Positions 6,174 to 15,500 of a stretch of DNA of 19,993 nucleotides are shown in pieces. The translations under genes and the position numbers were made by a program. Below the pieces are notes generated by a model. That model did no database searches. It saw nothing but the letters and a program-made list of their open reading frames with translations, and was not told the DNA's origin. The DNA is taken from assembly GCA_043806595.1 (NCBI GenBank), contig JAZDGU010000024.1:1-19993 (forward strand), read 5' to 3'. The stretch comes from Candidatus Micrarchaeota archaeon. GTDB taxonomy: Archaea; Micrarchaeota; Micrarchaeia; Norongarragalinales; SBBD01. Position 1 is the stretch's first letter, and every line of letters starts with the position of its first letter.

Positions 6174-8198
6174 ATGAGCCTTCGAGAGAAATGCGGGGTC
6201 ATCGGCGTCTCGAGCCTATCGGCTTCCACGGAAGTCCCCGCCAGCCTATTCAACGGCCTCATGGCGCTGCAGCACCGCGGGCAGGAGTCCGCCGGCATCG
6301 CCGTCGCAGTCGGGGGCGCGATCAAGGCGAAGGTGGGCATGGGCCTCGTCAGCGGCGTGTTCGACGCTGAAGGCATCGAGGCCCTCTCGGCGGGCGTGGG
6401 CATCGGCCACGTCCGCTATTCCACCGCAGGCACCTCCTCAATCGAGAACGCGCAGCCGTTCATCCTCGAGCACGAGGGCATACGGCTCGCGATATCCTTC
6501 AACGGCAACATCGTCAACTATGACGAGCTCAAGCGGGAGATGCGCGAGCTCCACCACTCGCCGTTCACGTGCTCCGCGGACACCGAGGTCGTCGCGCGCA
6601 TGCTCGCGATGGAGCTCTCCGGCCGCGGCTCCCGGCACCCCGAGGACTACTTCTCCTCGATGGGGGCGGTCATGCAGAAGCTCGAGGGCGCGTACGCGAT
6701 CGCGATACTCTTTTCCGACGGCACGCTTCTCGCCGCACGCGACCCGCAGGGCTACAAGCCGTTCTCCATCGGACGGCGCAAGACGCTCGTCGGCGACACC
6801 GTATACTTAGCCAGCGAGTCCTGCGCGTTCAACGCGCTCGAGGCGCAGTTCGACCGTGACATCCTTCCCGGCGAGGTCATCGTCGTGCGCGGCACGGACG
6901 TCAAGTCCAAGGTCGTTGTCGAGGGCCGCAGGGCGCACTGCATGTTCGAGTGGGTGTACTTCTCGCGCGTGGACTCCGTGCTCAACGGCAGGAGCGTCTA
7001 CGAAGTGCGCGAATCCCTCGGCCGCGAGCTCGCCGAGCTGTACAAGGTCCCCCTCGACGTCGTCGTTCCCGTCCCCGACTCGGGCCGCTCGGCGGCGAGG
7101 GGTTTCTACAAGCAGAGCGGCGTGCCCCTCGACGAGGGCCTTATCAAGAACCGCTACGTGTTCCGCACGTTCATCATGCCGAGCGAGTCCTCGAGGAGGA
7201 GCTCCATCGGACTCAAGCTCTCCGTCGTCACCCCCGTCGTAAAGGGCAGGCGCATCGCGCTCGTGGACGACAGCATCGTCCGGGGCAACACCACAAGGAA
7301 GATAGTCCGACTGCTGAAATCGCATGGCGCGAAGGAGGTGCACGTCTTCTCATCGTGCCCGCCGATAGTCTCGCCTTGCTATATGGGCATCGACTTCCCG
7401 ACCTACCGCGAGCTCGTGGCCTACGACCGCAACCTTTCCCAGATATCCGCCGAGATCGGCGCCGACGGCGTGCATTACATGACCGTCGACGCGCTCGTCA
7501 GGTCCATAGGCCTGCCGAAGGAGGACCTCTGCCTCGGATGCCTCACCGGCGCCTATCCCACGGAGAGGATAAACGGCTACGCCCGCGAGCGCAGGAAGGA
7601 GGAGCGCCGCGGCTTCAACATCGCGGTGCTCGCCAGCGGCCGCGGAAGCAACCTCCAGAGCATCATCGACGCGGTCGAGAGGAAGTACTTGAACGTCAGC
7701 ATCGCCGTCGTAGTGAGCGACAAACAGAACGCGCCCGCGCTCCAGCGCGCGGCGACGCACGCCATCGAGGCGCTCCACGTCGACCCCAAGGCCTTCAAGG
7801 ACCGCGCGGAATACGAGCGCAGGATACTGGAAATCCTCAGCGCGCGCAACGTCGACCTCGTGGTCCTCGCGGGCTACATGCGCATCGTCGGCCCCACGCT
7901 CCTCGAGGCCTTCCCCGAGGCCGTCATCAACATCCACCCGACGCTCCTCCCCAAGTTCAGGGGATGCATGGGCTCCGCGTGCCACCAGGCCGTGCTCGAC
8001 TCCGGCGACGCCGAGAGCGGGTGCACCGTGCACATCGTCACCCCGGAGGTCGACGGCGGGCCCGTGATCGGCCAGGCGCGCGTTCCCGTCAAGCCCGGCG
8101 ACACGGCGGAATCGCTGGCCGAGCGCATCCTCGCCGAGGAGCACAGGCTCCTTCCCGAGGTAATCAAGGTCATCTCCGAAGGCAAGAAGGGCTGCTGA
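6174..8198 (+). CDS. purF-purN: Fused amidophosphoribosyltransferase (PurF, aa 1-480) and phosphoribosylglycinamide formyltransferase (PurN, aa 481-674)
   Basis: PurF: propeptide plus CGVIG nucleophile, LQHRGQESAG, GHVRYST, VDDSIVRGNT, Fe-S Cys in HCMFE, PCYMGID and CLGC. PurN from nt 7614: IAVLASGRGSNLQ, LAGYMRI, NIHPTLLP, GCTVH, VDGGP, EHRL. One uninterrupted frame. Confidence 0.93.
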   Translation: MSLREKCGVIGVSSLSASTEVPASLFNGLMALQHRGQESAGIAVAVGGAIKAKVGMGLVSGVFDAEGIEALSAGVGIGHVRYSTAGTSSIENAQPFILEHEGIRLAISFNGNIVNYDELKREMRELHHSPFTCSADTEVVARMLAMELSGRGSRHPEDYFSSMGAVMQKLEGAYAIAILFSDGTLLAARDPQGYKPFSIGRRKTLVGDTVYLASESCAFNALEAQFDRDILPGEVIVVRGTDVKSKVVVEGRRAHCMFEWVYFSRVDSVLNGRSVYEVRESLGRELAELYKVPLDVVVPVPDSGRSAARGFYKQSGVPLDEGLIKNRYVFRTFIMPSESSRRSSIGLKLSVVTPVVKGRRIALVDDSIVRGNTTRKIVRLLKSHGAKEVHVFSSCPPIVSPCYMGIDFPTYRELVAYDRNLSQISAEIGADGVHYMTVDALVRSIGLPKEDLCLGCLTGAYPTERINGYARERRKEERRGFNIAVLASGRGSNLQSIIDAVERKYLNVSIAVVVSDKQNAPALQRAATHAIEALHVDPKAFKDRAEYERRILEILSARNVDLVVLAGYMRIVGPTLLEAFPEAVINIHPTLLPKFRGCMGSACHQAVLDSGDAESGCTVHIVTPEVDGGPVIGQARVPVKPGDTAESLAERILAEEHRLLPEVIKVISEGKKGC

Positions 8199-8293
8199 CC
8201 CTTTTACCCTCCCCCCATCAATCCGTGCAGTCCCAGCCGCAACCCCATTGCATGTTTACTTCCCGCGCCACCCCATTGGCGCTTCGTCGGTTG

Positions 8294-8308
8294 GCAAAGT
8301 ATTATATA
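8294..8308 (+). promoter_or_regulatory. BRE/TATA of the coiled-coil gene
   Basis: GCAAAGT-ATTATATA. Confidence 0.55.
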
Positions 8309-8366
8309 CCTCGGGCCAATTCCCTTTGCTCAGACCCACTGTCGGAAGATTCACAGGGTAGAGCGG

Positions 8367-10352
8367 ATGGAAGAAGAGCACCTGCAGGCGCTGCAAGCCC
8401 TTGGAGACGAGCTCTCGCAGCTCAAGGAAGAGCTCCGGGAGGCGCGCTCGGGCTCCGGCGAGGGCTTCCTCAAGCGCGCCTCGGAACTCGGGTCCTCCCT
8501 TGACCTGCTCACGCGCAGCATCGCCGGACTCGAGGAATCCCGCATTTCCGAGCTTTCCTCCCTCCGCAACGACATCAGGTCCTTCCGCGGGGACATCGCC
8601 GCGGTCAGAGCCGGTGCGGACGCCTTGCTTTCCTCGCAACTCTCGGGGCTGGGTTCCAGGCTGGACGGAGTCGCAGGCGAAATCTCGGAAGCCCGCGAGT
8701 CCTCCGAGGTCGGGCTCTCCGAGATCTCCGACCTCAGGAAGGAAATCGCATCGCTCCACGAACAGGTAATGGGCCTGCGCGAGGAAATGAAGGCTGCTGC
8801 GGAGTCCTCGTATTCCGCCGTCCGCGCCTTCGAAGGCCTCCATTCCTCCTCGAAGTCCTCGGTCTCCGCCGACGTCGCGGCCCTCAGCCACGAGATGACG
8901 GGAGTGTCGCAGTCCGTCGCCGCCCATTCCCACCAGCTTTCGGCGCTGGTGTCCAAGGCCGAATCAATCGAGTCCCACGCCGCCGCGGTCCACGATTTGC
9001 GTAAATCCTTCGAGTCCGGCAGGTCGCTGCTCTCCGAGGTCGATTCCAAGCTCTCTGCCTCGCTCTCCGCGCTTGCTTCCCAGAAGGCCGACCTTGATTC
9101 CGAGGCCCGCAGGGCGCAGCAGTTCGAGGAGCTCGCGCTCTCCATGCAGAACGAGCTCTCCGCGTTCGCCAAGGACATGGCCGCCCAGTCCCGCGCGCTC
9201 GATTCCCTCAACGCCACCATCCCTCTCCTTAAGAATTCCACTCCTGCTGCCGATTCCGCAGCTCTCGATGCGCTTGCGCCGCAGCTCGTGTCCCTCAAGG
9301 CCGCCCTCGAATACCAGTCCGGGGAGTTTGCCGCCCTCCGCGAGTCCGTCTCCTCCCTTGCCCTTGCGCATGCCTCCTCCAAGTCCCGCGGCATGGCGCC
9401 CGAGGGCCTTTCCAGGAAGATGGACTCGCTCTCGCAGTCCGTCGCCCACGCCAACGAGAACCTCGCCTCGATTTCCACCCAGCTTGCCGGCTCCCTGCCG
9501 ATGGCGAAGGACCTCGACGCCTCCGCCTACAACCTCTTCCGCGAGGCGGGCCGCATGCAGTCCGCCTTTCTCGCGGTCCAGGACAAGATCGCCGGCCTGC
9601 ATGCCTCCAAGTCGGACCTTTCCTCAATCGAGTTCCAGCTCGAGCAGCTGACCGGCGAGATGCGCCAGCTGCAGAAGCGCTCCCAGCACTCCGCTGCCCC
9701 CCTTGCCTCGCTTTCTCCGGCTTCCACTCCCCCGCCCGCGCTTCCGCCTGCAGGGCTGAAGCCGCTCGCTGTCGAGCTTTCCCGCCTGCGCAGCGAGTTC
9801 CACGCGCTTTCCCTGAAAATGAGCGCAGGGTGCAAAGACCCCGCCCCCGACCTCTCCAGGGCGCTTTCGCCGGTCCTCAAGGAGATGCAGTCCATTTCCC
9901 GCAAGGTCGAGGCCGCAAGGCCCCAGCCGGCGATGCCGTCCGTGGACCTCTCGCCGGTCATCCGCAGCATCGACGCGCTGCATTCGCACATCTCTTCCTT
10001 TTCGCAGGACAGGCCGGCTCCGGTCCCCGAGCAGGCCGCGGAGTTCGGCGCGCTTCGCACACAACTCGAGCAGCTATCCGCGTCTGTAGCCGAACTCAAG
10101 TCGCAGCAGGCAACCGCCGCCGTCGACCTTTCCCCCGTGCTTTCAAAACTGGAGGAAATCAAGTACGTCCGTCCGGCGGCCGCCGCAGTGCCCGACGAGG
10201 CCTTCACAAAGCCCGTGCTCCAGCGCGCGGTGCTGGAGGAAATCCAGCAGGAACTGAGCGTCTTCGAGTCGTTCGACTTGAGCGACCGCGCCAAGCTCGT
10301 CGTCAACCGGCTGAATTCGCTCGCAGAAAAGGGCCTCGGACTGGCTAAGTGA
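8367..10352 (+). CDS. Hypothetical long coiled-coil protein, Ser/Ala/Leu-rich
   Basis: 661-aa ORF with C/G-ending codons, heptad Leu periodicity, no Trp, and no TM segment, signal peptide or Walker motif; own TATA box. Confidence 0.8.
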   Translation: MEEEHLQALQALGDELSQLKEELREARSGSGEGFLKRASELGSSLDLLTRSIAGLEESRISELSSLRNDIRSFRGDIAAVRAGADALLSSQLSGLGSRLDGVAGEISEARESSEVGLSEISDLRKEIASLHEQVMGLREEMKAAAESSYSAVRAFEGLHSSSKSSVSADVAALSHEMTGVSQSVAAHSHQLSALVSKAESIESHAAAVHDLRKSFESGRSLLSEVDSKLSASLSALASQKADLDSEARRAQQFEELALSMQNELSAFAKDMAAQSRALDSLNATIPLLKNSTPAADSAALDALAPQLVSLKAALEYQSGEFAALRESVSSLALAHASSKSRGMAPEGLSRKMDSLSQSVAHANENLASISTQLAGSLPMAKDLDASAYNLFREAGRMQSAFLAVQDKIAGLHASKSDLSSIEFQLEQLTGEMRQLQKRSQHSAAPLASLSPASTPPPALPPAGLKPLAVELSRLRSEFHALSLKMSAGCKDPAPDLSRALSPVLKEMQSISRKVEAARPQPAMPSVDLSPVIRSIDALHSHISSFSQDRPAPVPEQAAEFGALRTQLEQLSASVAELKSQQATAAVDLSPVLSKLEEIKYVRPAAAAVPDEAFTKPVLQRAVLEEIQQELSVFESFDLSDRAKLVVNRLNSLAEKGLGLAK

Positions 10353-10395
10353 GGCCGCAGAACTCATTTATTACTTCCCCGGCGTAACCACTACC

Positions 10396-12468
10396 ATGCC
10401 AGTCGACGGCAAGACAATCGAGGACCTGCAGAAGCTCGGCTATTCGTCGCTCAACCCGATGCAGGCCGACGCCATCGCCGCCGGCGTAATCGAAAGCGAC
10501 CGCGCCGTGGTGTGCGCGCCTACTGCCAGCGGCAAGACCCTGATTGCCCTTCTGCGAATGCTCTCCAACCATGCCGCCAACGGCACCAAGGCGGTCTACG
10601 TAGTCCCGCTCAAGGCCTTGGCGCAGGAGAAGTTCCGCGAGTTCACCGAATCGCTTTCGCCCTTCGGCCTGCGCGTGTCCGTGTCCTCTTCCGACTACGA
10701 CTCCTCGGGCGCCGAGCTCGCCGCCGCGGACGTCGTCATCGCCACCGTAGAGAAGCTGGACTCCATCCTCCGGCACAGGCCCGCGTGGTTTTCGCAGGTC
10801 GGGCTCGCGGTCATCGACGAGGCGCACCTGCTGGACGACGACTCCAGAGGCTCGACGCTCGAGATGGTGCTCGTCAAGCTGCTGCAGCTCCGGTGCCGGC
10901 TGCTCTGCCTGAGCGCCACCATCGGCAACGCCCCCGAGATTGCCGCTTGGCTCGACGCGAAGCTCTTCACGCACTCCTACCGGCCGACGCCGCTCTCGTA
11001 TTCCATCGCGACCAAGAAATTCATCTACCGCGTGGTGCAAGGAAGGCTGACGGGCCAGGCCGAGGTCTCCGGCGACCCAGTGAGGCACGTATTGCGGGAG
11101 ACCATTGACCGCGGCGGCCAGGCGCTCGTGTTCGTCTCCAGCAGGCGTTCCGCGGAGGCGCAGGCGGAGGAGCTCGCTTCCATACTCTCCCCGACGCTCT
11201 CCGCTGAGGACGCCGCGGAGTGCAAGACTCTTTCCGGAAAAGCGCTCAAGGCCCTGCCGAACCCAACAGTGCAATGCAGGGCGCTGGCGAACTGCCTCGC
11301 CAACGGCGTCGCCTTCCACCACGCCGGCATAGCCCCCAAACAGCGCCAGATCATCGAGGACGGCTTCAAGCGCCAGCGGGTGTTGAAGGCGATTGTCGCG
11401 ACGACGACGCTTGCCATGGGCGTCGACTACCCAGCGTCCACCGTGGTCGTCAGGGACCTCAAGCGGTTCACGGGCGCGTTTTCCGAGTTCCTCCCGACCT
11501 TCGAGGTCAGGCAGATGTCCGGCCGTGCGGGAAGGCCGCGCTACGACAAGGAGGGCCTCGCTGTGCTCGTGTGCGGCGAGAAGGACATGGATTTCGTGCT
11601 CGACGAGTACGTGAACGGCGAGGTCGAGGGCATCTCCTCCAAGCTCTCCAACGCCGCGGTCCTCCGAATGCACTCGCTCGGTCTGGTTGCCTCAGGCTAC
11701 TGCAAGTCGCTCAAGGAGCTGCACTCTTTCTTCGGCAGAAGCCTTTTCTCCCACCAGTTCAAGTCTTCTGACGAGTTCGCGGGTATGGTCGATTCGGTGG
11801 TTTCCGAGCTCAAGGAGATGGATTTCCTCGTCGAGCGGCAGTCCGGCTCGCTCGTGCCGACGCCCGTGGGCAGGCGCGTCTCCGAGCTCTACATCGACCC
11901 GCTTTCGGCGAGCACGTTCGTGGACTTCATTTCCGCTGAGGGCGGGAAGTCCTCCTTCGACGTGCTCATGGCCCTAAACTTCGCCACCGAGATGATGCCC
12001 CTGCCTTCCCTCCGGCGCGGCGAGGAGCAGCAGCTGTTCGAGGAGGCGGAAAAGACTGAATACCATCCCTTCATCGAGGGCCGCTTCGACGAGTACAATT
12101 TCGTGCAGAAGTTCAAGGCGTCCAGGATACTCGAGGCTTGGATCGAGGAGAGGACCGAGGACGAGATGCTCGAGAGATTCGACGCCGCACCCGGAGACAT
12201 CTACGCCAAGCTGCGGAACGCGGAGTGGCTGTGCTATTCCATGCAGGAGCTCGCGTTCGTCCTGAACCAGCCTTCCTTCCACGCGCAGGCAAAACGCCTT
12301 CGCCGCAGGCTCAAGCACGGCATCAAGGAGGAGCTGCTTTCCGTCTGCAGCGTCAAGGGAATAGGCAGGGTGAGGGGCAGGAGGCTCTTTGACGCCGGCG
12401 TCACTACCGCCGAAGCGCTCGCCGCGATGCCCAAGGAGGCCGCGCGCGAGATACTCCGGGGCAAATAG
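10396..12468 (+). CDS. hel308: Ski2-like SF2 DNA helicase Hel308/Hjm
   Basis: LNPMQ (Q motif), APTASGKT, VPLKALAQEK, DEAH, LSAT, AFHHAG, TTTLAMGV, QMSGRAGRP.YD, ELYIDP and C-terminal KGIGRVRGRRLFDAG; TATA TTTATTA at 10367-10373. Confidence 0.93.
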   Translation: MPVDGKTIEDLQKLGYSSLNPMQADAIAAGVIESDRAVVCAPTASGKTLIALLRMLSNHAANGTKAVYVVPLKALAQEKFREFTESLSPFGLRVSVSSSDYDSSGAELAAADVVIATVEKLDSILRHRPAWFSQVGLAVIDEAHLLDDDSRGSTLEMVLVKLLQLRCRLLCLSATIGNAPEIAAWLDAKLFTHSYRPTPLSYSIATKKFIYRVVQGRLTGQAEVSGDPVRHVLRETIDRGGQALVFVSSRRSAEAQAEELASILSPTLSAEDAAECKTLSGKALKALPNPTVQCRALANCLANGVAFHHAGIAPKQRQIIEDGFKRQRVLKAIVATTTLAMGVDYPASTVVVRDLKRFTGAFSEFLPTFEVRQMSGRAGRPRYDKEGLAVLVCGEKDMDFVLDEYVNGEVEGISSKLSNAAVLRMHSLGLVASGYCKSLKELHSFFGRSLFSHQFKSSDEFAGMVDSVVSELKEMDFLVERQSGSLVPTPVGRRVSELYIDPLSASTFVDFISAEGGKSSFDVLMALNFATEMMPLPSLRRGEEQQLFEEAEKTEYHPFIEGRFDEYNFVQKFKASRILEAWIEERTEDEMLERFDAAPGDIYAKLRNAEWLCYSMQELAFVLNQPSFHAQAKRLRRRLKHGIKEELLSVCSVKGIGRVRGRRLFDAGVTTAEALAAMPKEAAREILRGK

Positions 12469-12510
12469 CATTATTTTTAAACAAACCCCGCGGTATTCAC
12501 GTGATGGTGC

Positions 12511-15500
12511 ATGCCGATGGACCTTGATGAAGCGCGCGAGTGGTTCGACGAGACCTTCGAGTCGCCGGCTACGCGCGGCCTCGTCGTGCTCGCCGTGCTG
12601 CTCGTCGCCGCTTTTGCCGTCGCATACCTCGTCATCCGGCCGTTCTCCGGGCCGAAGTATTCCTCCCTTGAAGTGTCCGTGCTGTCCGAATCAGGCGAGG
12701 CGGTGCCCGGCGCGCTGGTCAGGCTGTTCGACTCCTCGGGCAATCTCCTGGAAGAGCAGAAGACCGGAGCCGACGGCACGGTTTCATTCGCCTCGGTGCC
12801 GCAGCGCGCGTTCGTTCGGGCCTCGAAGGCGGGTTTCGAGGAGGCCAGCGCTGCCGCAGTCGGCGGGAGCATCCGGCTCGAGCTTCCCGCGGAGGCCGGG
12901 CTTCCTCAGAAGGTTTCCGCAGAGGTCCTCGTCTCGGATTCCGCTTCCGGAAAGCCGGTCGCCGGCGCAAAGGTGGCATTCTCGGTAAAAGGCGGCAAGA
13001 GTGCGGAAGCCTCGACGGATGCGGGGGGCAAGGCCGTGCTTTCCGTCCCCGAGAACCGCCTCATCAGCGTGAGCGTCTCCCATCCCGATTACACCGGGAC
13101 AACGGTTTCCTTCCAGGCCAAGAAGCAGTCCAAGCCCATTGAAATCAAGCTCGCGAAGCTTCCTGCAGGCGCCGCGAGGTCGACCCCGAGGCCCGCCGGC
13201 ACGGAATTCGAGTTCGGCTCCCTCGAGGTCACTGTCTCCGACGGTGACGGCAGGCCCGTGGACGGCGCGGCCGTCGAGATTTCCGACGCATCCACCAATT
13301 CCCCGCTGGACTCGAAGCAGACCGTTAACGGCCGCGCAGTGTTCGACGAGCTGGCCATCGGCTCGGGCGTCTTCCTTTCCGTCACCGCGGAAGGCTTCGC
13401 CGCCTCCGCCGGCCGGCAGAAGCTCACCATCGTCAGGACCACGCGCTACGAGGTCGTCCTGCGTCGCGAGGGCGAGTCCGGCAGCTCGTTCCGCGTCCGC
13501 ACGACGGACGAGGCGGGCGAGAAGATCGCGGCCGAAGTCCGCTTCTATTCCGCCTCCATGAACCGGCTGCTCAAGCGCGCCTCCGGCAGCGGCGACGCGT
13601 CGTTCTCGATTGAGGACGCCAAGTCCGCGCTCGGCGGCGAGTTTTCCGATTCCGACTCCTACTACGTCTCCGCCTCCTTCGCCGGCATGCTTCCCGCTGC
13701 AAGCGAGCGGTTCCCCGCCCCCTTCTCGCAGGACGTGACCCTGCAGCTCAAAACCGCGGGGGACAATGCGGCAGACCTTTCGGTGCGCGCGCTGGACGAG
13801 GACCGCACGCCGCTCTCAACCGCGTCAATCCGCGTCTCGGACTACCTCGGCGCAATCCTCTACGAGGCGGACTCCCCGGACAGGACCTTCCTGCTCGCGA
13901 CCGGCGAGAAATACCGCGTGGAAATCGAGAACGCCGGCCGGAATGGCTACGGCCGCGTGCTGCTCGTTGGTGACATGGAACTCGACGTCTGGCTCGGCGG
14001 ACAGCTGGCCTTCCTCCTCGTCTCAGCGGTTGACGCCTTCACCGGCAAGCCCGTCAAGGCCGATTTCACCTCTTCCTACGGGGACGCGGAATTCGACGCC
14101 TGCACGGGCACCGCGTGCTTCCTCCGCCTGAACCCGTTCGCCGAGGCTTCAGTCAAGGCCTTCGCCGGAGGATACGAGACCTACGAGACCACCTCGACCG
14201 CGGGAGCCGAGGACGAGTCGCTCCTCGAGCTCAGCCTCGTCCCGAGCGAGAGCGGCAAGCCGGTCTTCGTCAAACTCGCCGGCGTGTTCGACGCCCTCGG
14301 CCAGAACGTCGAGACCATTGCCGCGGGAATGCCGTACACCGCGAAAATACTCCTGTCCTCGAAGGACGCGCTCAAGACCGGCGTGTTCTTCCGCGTCGGC
14401 GAGGACGGCGCCTCCTCCATCACCTCAATTTCCGGCTTCTCCTCGAAGTCTACCGCTACGGAGGCGGTGTCGTCCGTTTCCTTCAACCCGAGCACGCCCT
14501 GCCGCTCCGCGGACGGCATCGTCAAGGACGCGCAGTGGGCCTCGGTGTCCTACGCCGGCGGCGTATCCGAGGAAGTCGAGTTCAAGTTCTCGCTCAAGCA
14601 GGCGCTCGCCGGCAAGAAAACCGTGACGCTCCACTACCGCGGGTTCGCGCTCCAGTCCGGCGGCGCGTACGCTCGCTTCCCCGACGACCCCGACCTAGGC
14701 ACGTCGGAAAGCACCGCTTCCAAGGGCGGCTGCTACGCCGAGGCGTTTTCCGCGCAGTTCCCGCTCGAGGAGCTCAAGGACTTCAAGTGCAAGCAGCTCG
14801 GCTGCCTTTCGCTGACGCTCGAGCAGGACGGCCTCGAGGGCCGCGAGGGCTTCCAGGCGCGCACCATCCCCGGCTGCGACTCCGTTTGCACGGACTGCGA
14901 GAACTCGTGCTCGCTCGCTGCCCTGCAGGCCAAGTTCACCTTCGAGCCCTCCCCGGCATACGCCGCAAGCGAATTCGACTTCACGGTCCGGCACGGCGGA
15001 AAGCTCGAGTTCACCGGCGCGACGGTCAACAACGCCGCCCTCGCCGGAATCCAGAAGTCGAGCGCGACCGGCACACTCTCCGACACCAAGACCTATGATG
15101 TCTCAATTTCCTCGAACCCGCTCGCCCAAGGCGACGAGACCGTGACCGTCGAACTCTGGAAGAAGGACGACGAGGACCGCAAGATGACGGACTCCGTGTC
15201 CTTCCGCATCCTCGAGGGCTGCGGCGCGCGCATGCGGCGCTGCGACGACGGCACATGCACATACTTCTGCATTCCTTCCATCACCTCATCCCCGACGCCT
15301 TCCCCCGAGCCCACGCCAAGATGCCCCGCGGGCAAGACCTTCTGCATCGACGGCGTCTGCAGGACCGACTGCGGCATCCTCTCCCCGTCCGCGACCCCCC
15401 AGCCAACAGTGCAGCCGCAGGCCTGCACCGAGGACTACTACTGCGACACCGGCTACTGCAACCCGCAGACGCATGAGTGCGATACCCGGGGCTGCTCGTC

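Noticed and set aside
8367..10352. SMC/Rad50 or methyl-accepting chemotaxis protein call
   Set aside because: No Walker A/B, hinge, zinc-hook CXXC, TM helices or MCP signalling hairpin motif.
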